Positions 48,933-59,079 are shown, numbered from the stretch's first letter. The stretch is DNA of 64,000 bases from an uncultured bacterium (GCA_963835045.1 CAWIDW010000003.1:31928-95927), one strand, 5' to 3'. Notes: generated from the letters alone by a model not told the origin. Numbers and translations are program-made.

Positions 48933-50792
48933 ATGAATTTATTTGCAAAAACAACCGTTAAGAAAAATATCTTTTTTGTGGCAGGGGATGTGTTTTCCGT
49001 GTTTGTTGCGGTGTGGCTGGCCTTTCTTTTCAGGTTTGATTTTAGCGTACCCTCGCAATATTTTTCCTTTATTTATATCATGATCGGATTGTCGATTGTG
49101 TTTATCCTGCCTGTTTTTTATTTCCAAAAACTCTACTCTTTTTCATGGTCTTATGTTTCAACCGATGAGCTTATTTCCCTGTTAAAAGCCGTAACGATTG
49201 CCGGCGTTTTTTTATCAATTGCCATTTTTGTGTCGTATTATTTCCCGCATTTTATTAATTTCCCCCGTTCCACTATTTTTATAAGCTACCTTTTGATTTT
49301 TGTTTTTTGCGGAGCGTTGCGATTTTCCAAGAGAATTTATTTGCGCATTATGGGCCAGCAAAGGATGCCGGAAAAAGAGAGGACCTTGATTGTCGGGGCC
49401 GGAGATCCGGGAGAGCAGATTCTCAGAAGTATTATTTCTTCAAACAAAAGCCATTATTATCCCGTGGGATTCGTGGATGACAACCCGATTAAAAAAGGCG
49501 TTTTAATCCATGGAATAAAAGTGTTGGGGAAAATTTCCGATATTGCCGAATTAGTGGAGCATTACCAAATACGCCAGTTGATTATTGCTCTTCCTTCAGT
49601 CAGCAGGAGGAAAATAAAAGAAGCGGTTGAACTGGGTAAAAAATCCGGCGTAAAGAAAATCAAAATCGCGCCTCCTTTGTATGAAACAATCCAGGGCCAG
49701 GTTTCTTTTAAAAATCTGAAAGATGTGGAGGTGGAAGATTTACTGGGCAGGGAACAAGTGACGCTGGACTTAAAACAAATAGAGTCTTTTATAAAAGGCA
49801 GGGCGATTTTGGTTACCGGTGCCGCCGGGTCCATCGGTTCCGAGCTTTCAGAACAAATCGCAAGATTTAAGCCGGGGCTTTTAATATTACTTGACCAGGA
49901 CGAAACGGGAATATTTACCACGTCCGGCATTCTGAAAAACAAGTATCCGGATACCAATATCCAAAGTTTGGTGGCGGATGTGCAGGATAGGCAAAAAATT
50001 GAAGCCGTTTTTGCCACTTATAAACCGGCCATTGTTTTTCACGCTGCCGCCTACAAGCACGTCCCCTTGATGGAGCAGCAGCCCGATGAAGCCATAAAAA
50101 ATAATATTTTTGGAACCCGGGTGTTGCTGGATGCTAGCATTGCCCACGGAGTGGAAAAATTTGTTTTTATTTCAACTGACAAAGCGGTCAATCCAACTTC
50201 GGTTATGGGAGTAACCAAACGAATTGGTGAAATGATGTGCCAGGTTTATAATCAAAAAAATGCCACTAAATTTATTTCCGTGCGATTTGGGAATGTGTTA
50301 AATAGCCGGGGAAGCGTGATCCCTATTTTTAAAGAACAGATAAAAAGAGGCGGACCCGTTGAAGTGACCCATCCGGACATGAAGCGTTATTTTATGCTCA
50401 CTTCGGAAGCCTGCCTTTTGGTGATGCAAGCCGGCGCCATGGGGCATGGAGGCGAAGTATTCGTACTGGATATGGGCAAACCCATACAAATTTTGGACTT
50501 GGCAAAAGAGATGATTCGCCTTTCCGGGTTTGTCCCCGACAAAGACATCGCTATTATTTTTACCGGCATGCGCCCCGGAGAAAAATTATTTGAAGAAATG
50601 TTAACAGCGGAAGAGGGAACCCTGGCCACCCAGAACCAAAAAATTTTTATGGCCAAAATATCACAAGTAAATGTTGCTGATATGAATAGGGTATTGGACG
50701 ACTTGGCAAAGATGGTGTACCAAAAAGATGCTTTGGAAATTATTAATGAACTCAAAAAAATATTAAACGACCTTACCCATGCAAGAGTATAA
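48933..50792 (+). CDS. membrane-bound UDP-sugar 4,6-dehydratase (CapD/PglF/WbpM family)
   Basis: Four N-terminal TM helices, two Rossmann segments (IVGAGDPGEQ and VTGAAGSIGSEL) and YKHVPLME. Confidence 0.85.
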   Translation: MNLFAKTTVKKNIFFVAGDVFSVFVAVWLAFLFRFDFSVPSQYFSFIYIMIGLSIVFILPVFYFQKLYSFSWSYVSTDELISLLKAVTIAGVFLSIAIFVSYYFPHFINFPRSTIFISYLLIFVFCGALRFSKRIYLRIMGQQRMPEKERTLIVGAGDPGEQILRSIISSNKSHYYPVGFVDDNPIKKGVLIHGIKVLGKISDIAELVEHYQIRQLIIALPSVSRRKIKEAVELGKKSGVKKIKIAPPLYETIQGQVSFKNLKDVEVEDLLGREQVTLDLKQIESFIKGRAILVTGAAGSIGSELSEQIARFKPGLLILLDQDETGIFTTSGILKNKYPDTNIQSLVADVQDRQKIEAVFATYKPAIVFHAAAYKHVPLMEQQPDEAIKNNIFGTRVLLDASIAHGVEKFVFISTDKAVNPTSVMGVTKRIGEMMCQVYNQKNATKFISVRFGNVLNSRGSVIPIFKEQIKRGGPVEVTHPDMKRYFMLTSEACLLVMQAGAMGHGGEVFVLDMGKPIQILDLAKEMIRLSGFVPDKDIAIIFTGMRPGEKLFEEMLTAEEGTLATQNQKIFMAKISQVNVADMNRVLDDLAKMVYQKDALEIINELKKILNDLTHARV

Positions 50793-51600
50793 AAAAATTG
50801 CTACTGATGCCCGCAAAAAAGTTCTCCAGATGATCCACAAAGCCGGAACCTCGCACGTGGGGTCGAACTTTTCCTGCATTGATATTATGGCGGTGTTGTT
50901 TGCCAAAATGAATATCGATAAAAATCTTAAGGAAGATAGGGATCGGTTTATTTTATCAAAAGGATGGGCGGCCGCGTCGCTGTATTATTTTTTGGCGCAA
51001 AAGGATATCATTTCAAAAGAAGACTTGGAAAGCTATTGCATGGAAGACTCAAAATATATTGGATTATCCGAACCCGATGTCAGAGGAGTGGAAGTTGCGG
51101 GCGGAGCCATGGGCCATGGTTTGCCCATGGCACTTGGCATGGCGCTTGGTGCTAAATTGGCAGGTGAGCAATGGCAAACGTATGTCTTAATGTCTGATGG
51201 CGAATTGGATTGCGGCACTACCTGGGAGAGCGCGCTGCTGGCAGCTCATCATAAATTAGGCAACTTGACGCTGATTATTGATTGCAACGAGTTTCAGGCC
51301 ATGGGAACCAAACATGAGGTTTTAGATATGGAGCCATTAGCTGATAAGTGGCGGGCTTTTCATTGGGAGGTGCTGGAAATCAATGGCCATGATTATGGGC
51401 ACATAGATTCGGCCCTGGAGCATGCTTTGCATTCCAAGAGGGTTAGGCCCCTAGTCGTTATTGCCAGGACTTTAAAGGGCAGTGGCGGCCAAACTGCTTG
51501 TGATATTTTTGAGAATAAACTAGAATGGCATTATAAAAACGTGGACAAGGATACCTACCAAAGAGCCCTTGCGTTGCTTAACCAAGACAAAAAGCGATAA
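50779..51600 (+). CDS. transketolase, N-terminal (ThDP-binding) subunit
   Basis: 273 aa. GTSHVGSNFSCIDIMAVLF, GAMGHGLPMALGMA and MSDGELDCGTTWE. Confidence 0.8.
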   Translation: MQEYKKIATDARKKVLQMIHKAGTSHVGSNFSCIDIMAVLFAKMNIDKNLKEDRDRFILSKGWAAASLYYFLAQKDIISKEDLESYCMEDSKYIGLSEPDVRGVEVAGGAMGHGLPMALGMALGAKLAGEQWQTYVLMSDGELDCGTTWESALLAAHHKLGNLTLIIDCNEFQAMGTKHEVLDMEPLADKWRAFHWEVLEINGHDYGHIDSALEHALHSKRVRPLVVIARTLKGSGGQTACDIFENKLEWHYKNVDKDTYQRALALLNQDKKR

Positions 51601-51661
51601 AATTTTTCTTTGCGCGCAAAGAAACAGTTTTGGCATATCTTATTTAGTGGAGATAAAAATC

Positions 51662-52222
51662 ATGAATGACAAGTTTACTTCGTTGCCCGGATTTAGCAAT
51701 GGCTTGCCGGGGGAAATACAAAAAGAAACAACGGCCAGAAACGCCCGGGGAGTTTTTATGGAGACGCTTGAAGAGCTGGTCAAAAAAGATTCGCGGGTTA
51801 TTTTAATTGTTGGCGACGTGGGATTTTCTTACATGCAGGAATTTCAAAAAAAATACCCCAAGCAATATATCAACGCCGGCGTAACGGAACAGTCTTTCAT
51901 GGGCATGGCCGCGGGTTTGGCTAAAAGCGGCTGGAAGCCGTATGTTTATTCCATGATTCCGTTTGTGATGATGCGAAACTACGAACAATTAAGAAACGAC
52001 GTGTGTTATAATAATGCCAATGTCAAGATTATCGGAGTTCGTGGCAGTGTCCATTACCGGTTTCAAGGAATGTCCCATAATCTTTTGGGAAGTGAAAATG
52101 AAGAAGATCTGCTTAAAAATTTGCCCAATATTAAACGGTTTTATCCTGAAGACGCCAGTGAAGTCAGAAAAATAGTTTTGGATACTTACGCTCATACCAA
52201 TCCTACCTATATTCGTCTTTAA
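51662..52222 (+). CDS. transketolase pyrimidine-binding domain subunit, lacks the usual C-terminal domain
   Basis: ARNARGVFMETLEEL, VGDVGFS, NAGVTEQSFMGMAAGLA; ends at ...NPTYIRL. GGAG lies upstream of the internal ATG of ORF 51569..52222. Confidence 0.7.
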   Translation: MNDKFTSLPGFSNGLPGEIQKETTARNARGVFMETLEELVKKDSRVILIVGDVGFSYMQEFQKKYPKQYINAGVTEQSFMGMAAGLAKSGWKPYVYSMIPFVMMRNYEQLRNDVCYNNANVKIIGVRGSVHYRFQGMSHNLLGSENEEDLLKNLPNIKRFYPEDASEVRKIVLDTYAHTNPTYIRL

Positions 52223-52236
52223 GCTTATCGCCTGAT

Positions 52237-53907
52237 ATGAAAAATAAAAAAATATTATTTTTTACGATTGCTTTTTTAATGATGGCCATGCCTGTTTGGC
52301 ATGCCAAAGCTGCCAATATCGGCGATATTGTCAATTTTAATGTTGACAGTACTTTGGATGCCACCGGCAGGACTCAAGTGCCGGCCACTTTGGTGCAGAT
52401 AGATCCTAATTTGTATTTTTACGTTGAAAATAATTCTTGGAACTTACAATCTCAAAGCCAACAAAATGTTATTTTGAGCCAACTGAGCAGTTTATCTGAT
52501 GAATTTAGTAATCACATTTATCCGGTGTTGACCTCAACGTATGGTTCTGACCAGGCTCCTGGCGCCACGGGAGACACCAAAATTACGGTGTTATTTGAGT
52601 CAATTAATAGTGATCTTGGCGGCTATGTGCGAACCGATGATGAATACAGTAACCTGCAAATTCCGGATTCAAACCAGCGGGAAATGGTGTATTTGCCGGT
52701 AGATCAAATCGGCAGCTTGAACTTAAAAGTATTTTTGGCTCACGAGTTTGTCCATTTAATTGTCTTCAATCAAAAAACCAGAATTGAAGGGGCACAGGAA
52801 GAAGTATGGCTGTCGGAAGCCAGGTCGGACTACGCTTCAACGCTTTTGGGGTACGACGATGTTTACGAAGGCAGTAATTTACAGCGAAGAGTGGAAGATT
52901 TTTTGCAAGAGCCAAGCGACTCGCTGACCGAATGGCTCAACACAAAATATGACTACGCGGTGGAAGATGTATTTATGCATTATTTGGTGGATCACTACGG
53001 CATTAATATTTTAACCGATTCTTTACATTCCAAATTAGTGGGAATTCCAAGCCTTAATCAGGCGCTGGTGGACAGCGGAGCCAAAGAAGATTTCTCCCAA
53101 ATTTTTACTGATTGGACGATAACTTTGATGGTTAATGACTGTTCTTCCGGCTCAAACTATTGTTACCTTAATGCAAATCTTAAAAATCTTACCATTAATC
53201 CAAGCCTCATTTTTTTGCCGCTGATGGGCAACAGTTCTTTGTCGGTAACCAATATCACTAAAAATTGGTCGGGAAATTGGGAAAAAATTATCGGCGGCGA
53301 TGGAGATTTGACTTTGGACTTTTCCGGCGGCCCGGAGCTTGATTTTCAAGTGCCCTATATTCTTTACGATAAAAATAATAACTATACGGTAAAATTCCTT
53401 ACCCTTGATAACAATGGAAAAGGCGAAATTGATATTAAAGATTTTGGCAGCCAATATAGTTCATTGGTGATTATTCCTTCACTGCAATCAAAATTGGTGG
53501 GTTTTGCCGGCCCGGAAGCCAGTTTTCCGTATAGCTTTACGGTTTCAACCACCGGAAACGTACCGGATGGGGACGCTACGACAATGCAGAAATTGCTGGA
53601 TGAAATTGCTTCCCTAAAACAGCAAATCGCCCTGCTTCAATCACCAAATTCAACCTCATCTGGCGCTTCTATGTGTGCCGCCATCACTACCAACCTTTAC
53701 ATTGGTTTGGTAAATAATAACCAAGTCAGTTGCTTGCAAAGTTTTTTAACGTCCCAGGGCAGTAGCATTTATCCGCAGGCTTTAATAACGGGAAACTTTG
53801 GCAGCTTAACAAAATCCGCCGTTATTCTTTTTCAAAAAAAATACGCCATAGCGCAAACCGGATTTGTCGGTCCCTTAACCCGTCAAAAAATTAATAGTTT
53901 ACTTTAG
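52237..53907 (+). CDS. secreted putative zinc metallopeptidase (HExxH) with C-terminal peptidoglycan-binding domain
   Basis: Signal peptide, VFLAHEFVHLIVF (HExxH), and a C-terminal PG_binding_1-like CLQSFLTSQG...GNFGSLTKSAVILFQKKY. Confidence 0.5.
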   Translation: MKNKKILFFTIAFLMMAMPVWHAKAANIGDIVNFNVDSTLDATGRTQVPATLVQIDPNLYFYVENNSWNLQSQSQQNVILSQLSSLSDEFSNHIYPVLTSTYGSDQAPGATGDTKITVLFESINSDLGGYVRTDDEYSNLQIPDSNQREMVYLPVDQIGSLNLKVFLAHEFVHLIVFNQKTRIEGAQEEVWLSEARSDYASTLLGYDDVYEGSNLQRRVEDFLQEPSDSLTEWLNTKYDYAVEDVFMHYLVDHYGINILTDSLHSKLVGIPSLNQALVDSGAKEDFSQIFTDWTITLMVNDCSSGSNYCYLNANLKNLTINPSLIFLPLMGNSSLSVTNITKNWSGNWEKIIGGDGDLTLDFSGGPELDFQVPYILYDKNNNYTVKFLTLDNNGKGEIDIKDFGSQYSSLVIIPSLQSKLVGFAGPEASFPYSFTVSTTGNVPDGDATTMQKLLDEIASLKQQIALLQSPNSTSSGASMCAAITTNLYIGLVNNNQVSCLQSFLTSQGSSIYPQALITGNFGSLTKSAVILFQKKYAIAQTGFVGPLTRQKINSLL

Positions 53908-53911
53908 TTTC

Positions 53912-54877
53912 ATGGATGAACTATTTGAAATATTAAAAAAGGCGCTGCCGGGGATCAAAAAAAATGTTTCCTTAAGCCGCCACACCACTTTTAAGATAGG
54001 AGGGCCGGCTAACTATTTTTTTGTCGGCAAAGATAAAGCGGGAATTATTAAGGCGCTAAAATTGGCTAAAAAATTTAACATTCCTTATTTTATTTTAGGC
54101 GGCGGAAGTAATATGCTGGCCTCTGATAAAGGATTTTTGGGCTTGGTAGTTAAAATAGAAAATAAAAATCCAAAACTTAAAATTGGCAAAGGCAACATCC
54201 TAGAAGCTCCCGCGGGAATATTATTGGCTGATTTGGTTGACTTCTCTGTCAAAAATTCTCTGCAAGGGTTGGAATGGGCGGGTGGATTGCCCGGAACGTT
54301 TGGTGGAGGCATTCGTGGAAATGCCGGCGCGTTTGGCGGGGAAATAAAAGATGCCATTGTGCAAGTGGTGGCATTAGATGATACACTGAAGGTACGCAAG
54401 CTAACCAATGAGCAATGCCAATTTTCGTATCGGAGCTCCATTTTTAAAAAGAAAAATTGGGTGGTACTTTCGGCAAAAGTAAAACTCAAGCCCGGTGATA
54501 AAAAAGCGTTGACGCAAATCGCACAAGCCAATAAGCAATACCGCAAAGACAAACACCCGCTGGAATATCCCAACGCCGGCAGTATTTTTAAAAATCAGGA
54601 TTTTGCCGATTTTTCCGACCAGCATAAAAATTTGCTGCTTAAAGTGGTAAAAAAAGATCCCTTTCCGGTGGTTCCCGTCGCTTATTTATTAAGTGAACTG
54701 GGACTGAAGGGAACTACGATTGGCGGCGCTCAAGTTTCAAACAAGCATCCAAACTTCATTGTTAATCTGGGAAACGCCAAAGCCGAGGATGTCTTAAAAA
54801 TTATTGAGCTCAACAAAAAGCATATCAAAGAAATCTACGGTGTCGAGCTTGAGCAGGAAGTGCAATTTTTAGACTAA
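53912..54877 (+). CDS. murB: UDP-N-acetylenolpyruvoylglucosamine reductase
   Basis: LSRHTTFKIGGPANYFF, ILGGGSNML, GLEWAGGLPGTFGGGIRGNAGAFG and NAGSIFKN. Confidence 0.92.
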   Translation: MDELFEILKKALPGIKKNVSLSRHTTFKIGGPANYFFVGKDKAGIIKALKLAKKFNIPYFILGGGSNMLASDKGFLGLVVKIENKNPKLKIGKGNILEAPAGILLADLVDFSVKNSLQGLEWAGGLPGTFGGGIRGNAGAFGGEIKDAIVQVVALDDTLKVRKLTNEQCQFSYRSSIFKKKNWVVLSAKVKLKPGDKKALTQIAQANKQYRKDKHPLEYPNAGSIFKNQDFADFSDQHKNLLLKVVKKDPFPVVPVAYLLSELGLKGTTIGGAQVSNKHPNFIVNLGNAKAEDVLKIIELNKKHIKEIYGVELEQEVQFLD

Positions 54878-54927
54878 TAAAAGGGGTAACTGCGAAGATA
54901 CGAATATTCGCGACGCCTCCAAAAATC

Positions 54928-55287
54928 ATGAATATTATTATAAAAACAAAAAATGTGGAATTGACGGAAGGCTTGGAAACGGTTGTGCGCGAAAAAATGG
55001 GCAAGTTGGAAAAGTTTTCCAAACTGTTGGAAAATGACTCTTTTGAAATTTTTGTTGAACTTTCAAAAGAAACCAACCATCACCGCCAAGGCGACATTTT
55101 TATGGCCGAAGCCACTATTCGTCTGCCCCAAAAAAGTTTGATGGCCAAGTCACATGGTGAAGATTTAATGAAAGCAGTGATTGAGGTTACCAAAGAAATG
55201 GAGCGGGAAATTAAAAAATACAAAACCAAAAAAATTGAAGCTCCGCGCCGCAAAATCCGCAAGGCCAGCCATAAAGAAGTATTTTAA
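54928..55287 (+). CDS. hpf: ribosome hibernation promoting factor (HPF/RaiA family)
   Basis: 119 aa. MNIIIKTKNVELTEGLETVVREKMGKLEKF is the typical sigma54-modulation/HPF N-terminus. Confidence 0.85.
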   Translation: MNIIIKTKNVELTEGLETVVREKMGKLEKFSKLLENDSFEIFVELSKETNHHRQGDIFMAEATIRLPQKSLMAKSHGEDLMKAVIEVTKEMEREIKKYKTKKIEAPRRKIRKASHKEVF

Positions 55288-55292
55288 AACGC

Positions 55293-55317
55293 GCCGTCCG
55301 AAAGGGCGGCTTTTTTT
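55293..55317 (+). terminator. rho-independent terminator
   Basis: GCCGTCC(gaaa)GGGCGGC followed by T7. Confidence 0.85.
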
Positions 55318-55463
55318 GTCGAACGCCACTTCTATGGAAGTGGCAAAAATACTACGGGATTTATTGCTAAAAAGCCGTTTTTTAGGTAGAGTTAACTCCA
55401 TAAAGTATTAAGTATAAAGCATGAAGTAAGCGATATAGCGTTTTGCCTCATGCCCCATGTTTC

Positions 55464-57890
55464 ATGAATGTATTCAACCGTATTTTTGGTTCTGGTAATG
55501 ATAGTAAGGTAAAAGAAATTTTACCGATTGTCGCAAAGATTAATTCTTTTGAGGCCAGTTTGCAAAAGCTATCCGACCAGGAGCTTAAAAACAAAACTCA
55601 AGAATTCAAGCAGCGGCTTGAAAAGGGCGAAACTCTGGACATGATATTGCCCGAGGCTTTTGCGGCCGTGCGGGAAGCGGGACGGCGCAATTTAAACCAG
55701 AGACACTTTGATTCCCAGTTAATTGGCGGTGTTGTGCTCCACCAGGGAAAGGTAGCCGAGATGAGAACCGGTGAAGGCAAAACCTTGTCGGCCACCTTGC
55801 CGGCATACTTAAACGCGCTGGAAGGCAAGGGAGTCCACGTAGTTACCGTCAACGATTATTTGGCCAAGCGCGATATGGTTTGGATGGGACAAATTTTCGC
55901 GGCGTTGGGAATGACGACCGGTTGCGTGGTTGCGGAATCAGCGTACGTGTATGACGCGGCTTACAAAAATGAAGATGTGGACAAAGAGCGGGACGTGGTT
56001 GGCGGATTTAAAATTGTGGAAAATTATTTACGTCCGACCAATAAAAAAGAAGCCTACGACGCTGACATTACCTATGGCACCAACAATGAATTTGGTTTTG
56101 ATTATTTGCGCGACAACATGATTTATGAGCTTGGCCAGCAAGCCCAGCGCGGACACCGGTTTGTGATCGTTGACGAAGTAGACTCCATTTTAATTGATGA
56201 AGCCCGGGTGCCATTGATTATTTCCGGCCAGGCGGAAGAGGCAACTGACAAATACTACCAGTTTGCTAAAATTATGGCGCCGCTGGAAAAAGAAACAGAT
56301 TATGTCTTGGATGAAAAAATGAAAGCGGTCAGCTTTACCGAAGAAGGTCAAAATAGGGTGGTTAAAAGTTTGGGCTCGGATCCATGGCTCCAAAACAATA
56401 TTCCCCAGACCCATCAATTGGAAAGCGCCCTGAAAGCCAAAACCCTCTTTTTAAAAGATCGCGACTACGTGGTTAAAAATGGTGAGATTGTCATCATTGA
56501 TGAATTTACCGGCAGAATGTTGGCGGGTCGCCGCTGGTCAGCCGGTTTGCATCAAGCGGTTGAAGCCAAAGAGAGTGTCAAAATCCAGCCCGAGTCCATT
56601 ACCCTGGCCACCATTACTTTCCAGAATTATTTTCGCTTGTACAAAAAAATATCCGGCATGACCGGTACCGCATTAACTTCGGCCGAAGAATTGGATAAAG
56701 TTTACAAACTGGATGTGGTGGTCATTCCCACCAATAAAGACATGGTCCGAAAAGATTTTCCTGATAAAATTTTCAAAACTGAAGCCGGTAAATTTAAAGC
56801 GGTAATCCAGGAAATTAAAGAGCTTCACCAAAAAGGCGTGCCGGTGTTGGTGGGAACCCGTTCGGTTGAGCGCAATGAATTCTTGGCCAAAATGTTAAGC
56901 CGTGAGGGAGTTCCGTACCAGGTTCTTAACGCCAAAAACCATGAACGTGAGGGAGAAATTATCGCCCAGGCCGGAAAAAAGGGAGCCGTAACTATTGCCA
57001 CCAACATGGCTGGTCGAGGCGTGGATATTATTTTGGGAGGCAATCCGCCGCGCCCGGAAGACGCCGACCAGGTTCGCAGTTTGGGAGGCTTGCATGTTTT
57101 GGGAACCGAACGCCACGATGCCAGAAGAATTGACAACCAGCTTCGCGGACGCGCGGGCCGACAAGGAGACGCGGGCGCTTCCCAGTTTTTTGTTTCATTA
57201 GAAGACGACTTGATGAGAATTTTTGGCGGCGACCGGATTAAGTCAGTGATGACCGCTTTAAAAGTGGCTGATGACGAACCCATTCAAGCTAAAATGATTT
57301 CCAATGCTTTGGAGTCCGCCCAAGGAAAAATTGAAGGCTTTAATTTTGATGCCCGTCACCATGTTTTGGAATACGATGACGTGATGAATAAACACCGGGA
57401 AATTATCTACAAAAAACGCCGTGAATTTTTGGAAGACAAGCCGTTTGATATAGAAAAGTATGGCATTTCCAAGGAAGACTTTGATAAAAAACAGCAAGAA
57501 TTGGGCGAGCAGAATATGGCCCAGGTCATTCGTTTTGTCAGTTTAAAAGTCATTGATACGCTTTGGCAGGATCACTTAACTAATATGGATCACCTGCGAG
57601 ACTCGGTAAAATTGCGCGCTTACGGAGGCAAAGACCCTTTAGTAGAATACAAAAATGAAGGCCGAAAATTATTCACAGAACTCTTGGAAGAAATTGATGC
57701 CACGATTGGAAATAATATTCTAAAGGCCGGCCTCCAGGTTCAACATGATCACTCGCATGTCACATTGCCACTTGACTCCCAAGTCGGCCGCAACGACTTT
57801 TGCCCCTGCGGCTCCGGCAAAAAATGGAAAAAATGCGGGATGTTAAATACCGAGGAACACCAACAAAATATGTTAAAATTAGGTAAATAA
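55464..57890 (+). CDS. secA: preprotein translocase ATPase SecA
   Basis: MRTGEGKTL Walker A, VIVDEVDSILIDEARVPLIISG, TNMAGRGVDI and the C-terminal zinc finger CPCGSGKKWKKCG. First ATG of a TTG-initiated ORF. Confidence 0.95.
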   Translation: MNVFNRIFGSGNDSKVKEILPIVAKINSFEASLQKLSDQELKNKTQEFKQRLEKGETLDMILPEAFAAVREAGRRNLNQRHFDSQLIGGVVLHQGKVAEMRTGEGKTLSATLPAYLNALEGKGVHVVTVNDYLAKRDMVWMGQIFAALGMTTGCVVAESAYVYDAAYKNEDVDKERDVVGGFKIVENYLRPTNKKEAYDADITYGTNNEFGFDYLRDNMIYELGQQAQRGHRFVIVDEVDSILIDEARVPLIISGQAEEATDKYYQFAKIMAPLEKETDYVLDEKMKAVSFTEEGQNRVVKSLGSDPWLQNNIPQTHQLESALKAKTLFLKDRDYVVKNGEIVIIDEFTGRMLAGRRWSAGLHQAVEAKESVKIQPESITLATITFQNYFRLYKKISGMTGTALTSAEELDKVYKLDVVVIPTNKDMVRKDFPDKIFKTEAGKFKAVIQEIKELHQKGVPVLVGTRSVERNEFLAKMLSREGVPYQVLNAKNHEREGEIIAQAGKKGAVTIATNMAGRGVDIILGGNPPRPEDADQVRSLGGLHVLGTERHDARRIDNQLRGRAGRQGDAGASQFFVSLEDDLMRIFGGDRIKSVMTALKVADDEPIQAKMISNALESAQGKIEGFNFDARHHVLEYDDVMNKHREIIYKKRREFLEDKPFDIEKYGISKEDFDKKQQELGEQNMAQVIRFVSLKVIDTLWQDHLTNMDHLRDSVKLRAYGGKDPLVEYKNEGRKLFTELLEEIDATIGNNILKAGLQVQHDHSHVTLPLDSQVGRNDFCPCGSGKKWKKCGMLNTEEHQQNMLKLGK
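57828..57872 (+). repeat. 45-bp direct repeat, copy 1 (inside the secA 3' end)
   Basis: aaaaaatgcgggatgttaaataccgaggaacaccaacaaaatatg is identical to 58596-58640. Confidence 0.95.
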
Positions 57891-57895
57891 AATTT

Positions 57896-58516
57896 ATGAA
57901 TAATAAAATTATAATTAGTATTTTATTAATAATTATAGTGCTCATTTTGGGTTTCGGATTTTGGTGGTATTTTACGAGTCTTTCGTTACCACCTAATTCT
58001 GTAAAAAATACGCAAAATCAAACTCAGACACAAAACAATGAAACTTTTAACTGGCCAACGTATAAGTCAGATAATTATAGTTTCGAATTTAAATATCCAG
58101 AAACTTTAAACACAAAATACGCATCGTTTAATATAGTTCCTGGATTGTATCCTAGTGCCAGTGTAATTGCACAAAATAATGATACTAATGGAAATATTAT
58201 CAATGGTTGTTTTGTGCCGGCAATGGATAAAGAAATTGCGAAGACTCAGCCTGGTATTATGATAAATAATATGCTCTTTTGCCTGACTACGGAAAGTAGT
58301 CCTGGAGCTGGTCAGTTATACAACACGTATTACTACACCACCTTGCATAATGGAAATTATTACACATTGGATTATGTTGTTCATACGCTTAATGGATGTA
58401 GTCCTTACGAAGGAACTGCTGATTATCAGCCCTGCTTAGATTTTTTCAATAATTATGGTGGCATTGTAATGAAACCAATTGAAGATAGTGTTGCGACTTT
58501 AACATTTACAAAATAA
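57896..58516 (+). CDS. hypothetical membrane-anchored/secreted protein
   Basis: 206 aa, N-terminal TM helix, AT-rich. Lies between the two 45-bp repeats. Confidence 0.6.
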   Translation: MNNKIIISILLIIIVLILGFGFWWYFTSLSLPPNSVKNTQNQTQTQNNETFNWPTYKSDNYSFEFKYPETLNTKYASFNIVPGLYPSASVIAQNNDTNGNIINGCFVPAMDKEIAKTQPGIMINNMLFCLTTESSPGAGQLYNTYYYTTLHNGNYYTLDYVVHTLNGCSPYEGTADYQPCLDFFNNYGGIVMKPIEDSVATLTFTK

Positions 58517-58595
58517 TCCGCTATAAATGATATAGCAGATAGGTTCGTCGATTGAGTTAATGGGTGTTTGGCCTTGTGCCTTAGCTAAGAAATTT

Positions 58596-58640
58596 AAAAA
58601 ATGCGGGATGTTAAATACCGAGGAACACCAACAAAATATG
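58596..58640 (+). repeat. 45-bp direct repeat, copy 2 (orphan secA 3' end)
   Basis: Identical to 57828-57872. In the secA frame it continues as ...NMAKK then a stop. Confidence 0.95.
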
Positions 58641-58653
58641 GCGAAAAAATAAC

Positions 58654-59073
58654 ATGGAGAAAAAACGAGATGTTTCTGTTTTAATTCCTTATTATATAAA
58701 AGATGGCGTGGTGTTTGTGTTTTTGCAAAAACGCGACCAGCATGGCAAGGTGTTGCCGGGTCACTTTTCCTTTTTTGGTGGAAAAATAGAATTGGGCGAA
58801 ACTCCAAGTCAGGCATTAGAGCGCGAAATAAAAGAAGAATTGGGAATCACTGTCGCAGGTTATCAATTTTTAGGGCAATACCTGTCGCAAACGGGGTTTG
58901 TACTTAATGTTTCTTTTCTAGAAGTTGCCGAAGATTTCCAAAAACACATTAATATTATGGAGGGCGAATACGGAAAGTTTTTTTCAGAAGAGGAAATGGC
59001 GCGCGAGCCGATGCTCCTTGAAAGCGATAAAAAAATTATCGGAGATTTGTATAAAAAATTGCAAAACACATAG
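58654..59073 (+). CDS. NUDIX hydrolase
   Basis: Nudix box GGKIELGETPSQALEREIKEELGI. Confidence 0.85.
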   Translation: MEKKRDVSVLIPYYIKDGVVFVFLQKRDQHGKVLPGHFSFFGGKIELGETPSQALEREIKEELGITVAGYQFLGQYLSQTGFVLNVSFLEVAEDFQKHINIMEGEYGKFFSEEEMAREPMLLESDKKIIGDLYKKLQNT

Positions 59074-59079
59074 TATATT

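Larger units (their letters stand above)
28463..52222 (+). other. glycan (nucleotide-sugar / surface polysaccharide or glycoconjugate) biosynthesis island
   Basis: About 24 consecutive genes for sugar activation, modification, transfer, flipping and priming (see individual CDS). Frequent overlapping start/stop codons. Confidence 0.85.
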
